This document shows, piece after piece, positions 59,604 through 64,000 of a stretch of DNA of 64,000 bases. The DNA is taken from contig JAUWHR010000014.1 of the NCBI GenBank assembly GCA_030605795.1, forward strand, positions 2,728-66,727, in the 5' to 3' direction. The notes below the pieces were generated by a model. The model was not told the DNA's origin. It searched no databases and saw nothing but the letters and a program-made list of their open reading frames with translations. How positions within the stretch are numbered: the first letter of the stretch is position 1; each line of letters begins with the position of its first letter. The stretch comes from Anaerolineae bacterium (GTDB lineage Bacteria; Chloroflexota; Anaerolineae; Anaerolineales; E44-bin32). Both the position numbers and the translations under genes were made by a program.

Positions 59604-62600
59604 TTAGCACTCGACCAGAACTAACCACACCTCCAACTTCTCTCCATCAAATGTGTGCTTGGCAGAGGCTTGGCCGGTAGGATGATCGACCTGTTCCAAT
59701 GCCAGAGCGAGTGTTTCCCCCATGATGTATTCGCGATGCTTCGCAACCGCCGTAATCAGTCGTTCACTGGCGGTGAATTGGACATTAATCCGGTCATCCA
59801 CCATTAGATCTGCCGTCTTGCGCAGCTCCTGCACTCGACGGACAAACTCACGCGCTAAGCCTTCATGCTCTAGTTCAGGTGTCAAATCGGTTGCCAACGC
59901 GGCTAAGTAGACTCCTTCAGCTACAGCAGAGAACCCCTCGTGGGCTTCTACCTGGACTTCTACCTCATCAGATAGAATCTGGTGGTGCCCACTCTCGATT
60001 TGTACCTCGATTGATGAACCACCGGAAAGCAAGTGTGCTGCTGCTTCTTGTGTCTCTGTAGGATCCATGTCGAGGATCGCTTTACGCAGCGCCGGGAAAC
60101 GTTCCTTGTACTTCTGGCCCAGTTGTTTCGGTAATGGATGAAGCCGGAAGTCGGCTGCTTCAGAAACGGCGTCCAGCAGACGGACCTTCTTGACATTAAG
60201 CTCATTTCCGATCAGATTGGCGTAGCGATTGACGACCTTCCGCTCATGAGCGGTTCCGACAGCGAAAGCCGCTTCTGCCAAGGGCTGGCGCAACTTTCGG
60301 TTGGCTTTATTGCGCGCCGCGTGTCCCATCGAGACCAGACGCATCACCAGCGCCATATCCTTGGTTAGATCCATATCCATTGCCGAGAGGTCAACAGTCG
60401 GCCAATCGCAGTGGTGCACACTCTCCGGCGCTTGTGAATCGACGGTGCGAACCAGGTTCTGGTACATGATTTCAGTCACAAAGGGGACAAAAGGCGCCAG
60501 TAAACGGGAGAGCGTCACTAGAACGCGGTGGAGTGTGCTATAGGCGGCATGTTTATCAGCATCGGAAGCCTTACTGGCACCAGCCTTGACCCAGAAGCGA
60601 CGTCGACTGCGCCTCAGATACCAATTGCTTAGATCGTCCAGCAGACGGTTCACCGCGGCGGTCGCCTTGTCGGGCTCGAAGGTTTCCAACCGGAGGGTGA
60701 CTTCTTCCACTACTTGATTCAACCGCGAGAGGACCCAACGATCAAGATCGCTGAACGTTACCGGCTTGTTCTCGTTGGGCACCCAACCATCGATATTAGC
60801 GTAGGTCACAAAGAACGAGTAAACGTTCCAAAGCGGAAGCAGAAACTGACGACGGACCTCATCGGCTCGATGGTAGCCGAAAAGTAGGTCTTTCTCCGGT
60901 TTGTGGTTGCAATATAACCAACGCATCACGTCAACACCCATTTTATCAGCTGCCTCATTGAAATCGATCGAATTTCCCCAAGACTTGTGCATCGGTCGAC
61001 CATCCTCAGCCAGCAAGGTCGAATAGGTGAAAACGTGCTTAAACGGCGCTCGCCGCTCAAGTATCGTACTCATTGCAAGTAGACTGTAGAACCAATTGCG
61101 GAACTGCCCGGGAAAGCTCTCACTGATCATGTCCGCTGGAAACCACTTTCTCCAATATTCCCGATCCGTGTTGTAGCGCATTGTGCTCATCCCTACGATG
61201 CCTGCATCAAGCCAGGGATCGCCCACATCTGGGATGCGGCTCACCCGTCCGCCGCACTGGCTGCATTCGATCTGAACGGCATCAATGTAAGGTCGATGAG
61301 GGGAGTGGCCCTCGAATGTCTCCCAGCCGGCGACTGCCCGTTTGCCAAGCTCATCCTTGCTGCCGATCACCTCAAAGTGCCCACAGTGCGAGCATTCCCA
61401 GATCGGCAGCGCTAATCCCCAATAGCGTTTTTTAGAAATCATCCAATCATGCATGTTACGCAGCCAATCCAGCTCCCGTTCCAAGCCGAAGGCGGGATGC
61501 CAATTGGTCTCGTTGATCACCACATCCATGATCTGGTAGCGAAGGTTCTGAAGCTTCTCCTCTTCGCGTACCTCCTCATAGGGCTTGTTAAGCTCCTCCC
61601 CCATGGCAATGAACCACTCGTCAACCAGGCGGAAGACCAACTCCTCGCCACAACGCCAACAGACTGGATAGCGGTGGGTATAGTCTTCTAGCTTGTAAGT
61701 CAGGCCTTTCTCAGTCAGGTTCTCGAAGATCGGCTGAGTTGATTGGTCAACCTTCATCCCCGTCAACCAAGCGAAACCATCAACGAAAACACCGCTTTCA
61801 TTTAGTGGAGCGATAACCTTCAGGTCGTATTCTTTGCTAAGTTCAAAGTCTTCCGCACCGCAACCAGGGGCGATATGTACGATACCCGTGCCCTCTTCTT
61901 CGCCAACCTCATCCCATAGGATCACTCGGTGTGATTGGGGGGAGCCACTCTTAACCTGTGCCGGGAGTTCATCGAAGGGCCCACGGTAGGGCCAACCTTC
62001 CATTTCTCCCCCCCTAAGTTCGGCCTCAACCTCGTACGATCCCTGAAGCACATGCAGCGTTCCACGGCTGAGATAGAGAACTTCCTCCCCCTGACGCACT
62101 CGAACGTAATCCAGGTCTGGGCCGACTGCAACTGCAACGTTGCTGGTCAGCGTCCAGGGAGTCGTGGTCCACACCAGCATGCTCTCGTTGGGGCGGTCGA
62201 CAAGCGGAAAACGCAGGGTGACACTGGGATGGGTGATCTCCCGGTAACCTTCGGTCACAATCTCATGTTGACTGAGTCCAGTGCCGCATCGCCCACACCA
62301 AGGCATCACGTCTCTACCTTTGTAGATCCACCCCCGATCGTAGCAGGATTTGAGCATCGCCCAGATGGTGTAGTTGTTCTCATCCGAGAAGGTGTAATAT
62401 GATCCCCCGAGTTCTGGCATACCCAGCAAACCAACAATCTGCTCAACTGTACCGGTGACCGGACCCTCCGGTCCCTCGACAGTGACCACTTGGGAGGGGT
62501 CCTGTTCGAGAGAATCACACAGCATATTCAGCAAGCCGATATCATCCCATTCCATCCAATAACCCAAGCGGATGCTCTGCTCAGTTTGAACGGCAGCGTA

Positions 62601-62978
62601 TTTCAGGACTCGCTGTTTGCATAGAACGACAAACTTAGCCAAGCCATAACTTTCAATATCCCTCTTGGTCTTAAAACCCATATCTCGTTCGACGTTGACT
62701 TCAACCCACAGACCCTGGCAGTCAAAGCCGTTCTGATAGCGGGCAAGGTGTCCCTGCATCGTCTTAAAACGATGGAAGAGATCCTTATATGTCCGACCCC
62801 AACCATGGTGCACCCCCATCGGATTGTTTGCCGTGATAGGACCATCAATGAAGGACCAACGTGGACCATCCGCTCGTAACTTCCTCAACTTTTCAAAGGC
62901 GCGCGTCTCCTGCCAAAACTTGAGGACCTCATACTCCTGAGTAATGAAATCGATCTGGCTAGGTACTGATTTGAACAT
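59604..62978 (-). CDS. ileS: Isoleucyl-tRNA synthetase, type 2
   Basis: DGPITAN..MGVHH, WTTTPWTL, GTGIVHIAP, DWMISKKRYWG, PMHKS, NWYLRRSRRRFW, EGLARE. Confidence 0.95.
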   Translation of the reverse strand: MFKSVPSQIDFITQEYEVLKFWQETRAFEKLRKLRADGPRWSFIDGPITANNPMGVHHGWGRTYKDLFHRFKTMQGHLARYQNGFDCQGLWVEVNVERDMGFKTKRDIESYGLAKFVVLCKQRVLKYAAVQTEQSIRLGYWMEWDDIGLLNMLCDSLEQDPSQVVTVEGPEGPVTGTVEQIVGLLGMPELGGSYYTFSDENNYTIWAMLKSCYDRGWIYKGRDVMPWCGRCGTGLSQHEIVTEGYREITHPSVTLRFPLVDRPNESMLVWTTTPWTLTSNVAVAVGPDLDYVRVRQGEEVLYLSRGTLHVLQGSYEVEAELRGGEMEGWPYRGPFDELPAQVKSGSPQSHRVILWDEVGEEEGTGIVHIAPGCGAEDFELSKEYDLKVIAPLNESGVFVDGFAWLTGMKVDQSTQPIFENLTEKGLTYKLEDYTHRYPVCWRCGEELVFRLVDEWFIAMGEELNKPYEEVREEEKLQNLRYQIMDVVINETNWHPAFGLERELDWLRNMHDWMISKKRYWGLALPIWECSHCGHFEVIGSKDELGKRAVAGWETFEGHSPHRPYIDAVQIECSQCGGRVSRIPDVGDPWLDAGIVGMSTMRYNTDREYWRKWFPADMISESFPGQFRNWFYSLLAMSTILERRAPFKHVFTYSTLLAEDGRPMHKSWGNSIDFNEAADKMGVDVMRWLYCNHKPEKDLLFGYHRADEVRRQFLLPLWNVYSFFVTYANIDGWVPNENKPVTFSDLDRWVLSRLNQVVEEVTLRLETFEPDKATAAVNRLLDDLSNWYLRRSRRRFWVKAGASKASDADKHAAYSTLHRVLVTLSRLLAPFVPFVTEIMYQNLVRTVDSQAPESVHHCDWPTVDLSAMDMDLTKDMALVMRLVSMGHAARNKANRKLRQPLAEAAFAVGTAHERKVVNRYANLIGNELNVKKVRLLDAVSEAADFRLHPLPKQLGQKYKERFPALRKAILDMDPTETQEAAAHLLSGGSSIEVQIESGHHQILSDEVEVQVEAHEGFSAVAEGVYLAALATDLTPELEHEGLAREFVRRVQELRKTADLMVDDRINVQFTASERLITAVAKHREYIMGETLALALEQVDHPTGQASAKHTFDGEKLEVWLVLVEC

Positions 62979-62986
62979 CATCCACC

Positions 62987-63697
62987 TCAAGCCTCGAGCT
63001 CGACAACCAACCGTTTGTTAATGGCGCCTTTGCTCTTGTAATCCACAATCTGGATCTTCCCCACTTCTTTGGTATTGGCTACATGTGTGCCACCGTCTGC
63101 CTGTAAGTCAAGCCCCTCAATCTCCACAATGCGTACCATCTTGATGGCTGGCGGCAGTAGATTGATTTTGGTCCGTATCAGGTCGGGGATCTTGAAAGCC
63201 TCCTCCCGCGGCAAGATGTCGACTTTCACTGGTCGCGCTGCCTCGACCTCAATGTTGATCTTCTCTTCAATCTCCTGTACGAGTTCTTTGCTCATCAACT
63301 CAAATTCGAAATCCATTCGGCCATGGAGCGGCTGCATCTTTCCCCCTGTGACGCCAGCTCCATAGTCACGCCAGATCACTCCGCAGAGAATGTGCATCAT
63401 GGTATGCGTACGCATTAACTGGTAACGACGCTCCCAATCGATCTCACCCTCCAACTGAGTTCCAACAGTCGGTGGTTCGCCTTCAACCCGATGCCAAACC
63501 TCGCCCTTGACCTTCCTTACCTCAGTCACCGACCAAATCTGGTCGCCAAAGCGGAGCCAGCCTAAGTCGCAAGGTTGACCTCCACCGGTGGGGTAAAAGG
63601 CAGTGACATCCAGCGCTACACCATGCTCCGAAACCGCAGTCACAACAGCTTCAAAGGTCTTTAAGTACGCATCCTGTTGACACAATAATTCAGTCAC
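62987..63697 (-). CDS. alaX: AlaX-M trans-editing deacylase
   Basis: FYPTGGGQPCD, MRTHTMMH, ADGGTH; GTG start with GGAGG RBS. Confidence 0.92.
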   Translation of the reverse strand: MTELLCQQDAYLKTFEAVVTAVSEHGVALDVTAFYPTGGGQPCDLGWLRFGDQIWSVTEVRKVKGEVWHRVEGEPPTVGTQLEGEIDWERRYQLMRTHTMMHILCGVIWRDYGAGVTGGKMQPLHGRMDFEFELMSKELVQEIEEKINIEVEAARPVKVDILPREEAFKIPDLIRTKINLLPPAIKMVRIVEIEGLDLQADGGTHVANTKEVGKIQIVDYKSKGAINKRLVVELEA

Positions 63698-63819
63698 GAT
63701 TGGTCCTCCCTTGACTATAGATTACTAGCCCCTAATCCCTGATCCCTTACTCCTAGTTCTCATGCCCAACCTGCGGAAGCCCATTACAGACTATGCGGTT
63801 GCTCCTTAATAAATTAACT

Positions 63820-64000
63820 AAAAACTCCCGTCCCATTCAGGGACGAGAGTTAAATCTACTCCCGCGGTACCACCCTGATACCTGCCAACGACAGGCTCTC
63901 TATCGGGTACGACCTAACCTATCAGGTTTATACCCACGCCCCGGATAACGGTGGGCGAGGCCGGCTTCCTTACTTGCGGGTTGCCCCGCTTTCAGGTCAC
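63820..64000 (-). promoter_or_regulatory. T-box riboswitch (3' part) upstream of alaX-ileS
   Basis: AGGGTGGTACCGCG T-box (63876-63863); terminator aactctcgtccc/gggacgggagtttt (63851-63820); GAA/AGTA stem II-like helix near 63965-63995; stem I lies outside the window. Confidence 0.9.

Noticed and set aside
9-63365. Numerous short antisense or overlapping ORFs in the ORF track (e.g. 4613-5263, 26418-26945, 36815-37366)
   Set aside because: Shadow ORFs of well-supported genes on the opposite strand, with no motifs or RBS support
63726-63760. Heptamer-like repeats (ccctaat/ccctgat/cccttac) and a 19-codon ORF in the alaX leader
   Set aside because: Too short and degenerate to support a feature

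Overview
A 64-kb bacterial chromosomal window. Gene content and protein architectures (VWA-FHA and FecR-type membrane proteins, GVHH/PMHKS IleRS2) point to Chloroflexota, probably Anaerolineae (inference). Most of it is housekeeping: the 5' part of ppdK, a sufCBD-x-S-U-Rieske operon divergent from sufR-sufT, ECF sigma, dinG, efp, tRNA-Leu-tig-clpP-clpX, rlmN, rpe, rpmB, fakA/fakB-recG-coaD, pyrG, rpsP-khpA-rimM, mtnP, archease-rtcB, tyrS, ltaE-rluD-lspA-ileS-alaX with a T-box. Four things stand out. (1) An AT-rich ~7.6-kb island (about 15830-23460) next to tRNA-Leu. It carries an intact tyrosine integrase followed by two stacked integrase 3'-tail remnants, zinc-ribbon and DUF4145/HEPN-like cargo, a 1072-aa metallophosphoesterase-STAND NTPase, and 2-4 intergenic ~70-nt hairpin RNA candidates with C-rich anti-Shine-Dalgarno-like loops. 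(2) A four-gene transmembrane Ser/Thr phosphorylation locus: a VWA-Ig-TM-FHA receptor, a soluble non-RD kinase and two PP2C-TM-FecR-like receptor phosphatases, one degenerate. (3) ffh reduced to its RNA-binding M-domain tail behind an intact promoter. (4) REP/MITE families in intergenic spaces. All calls come from motif reading by eye; no database searches were run.
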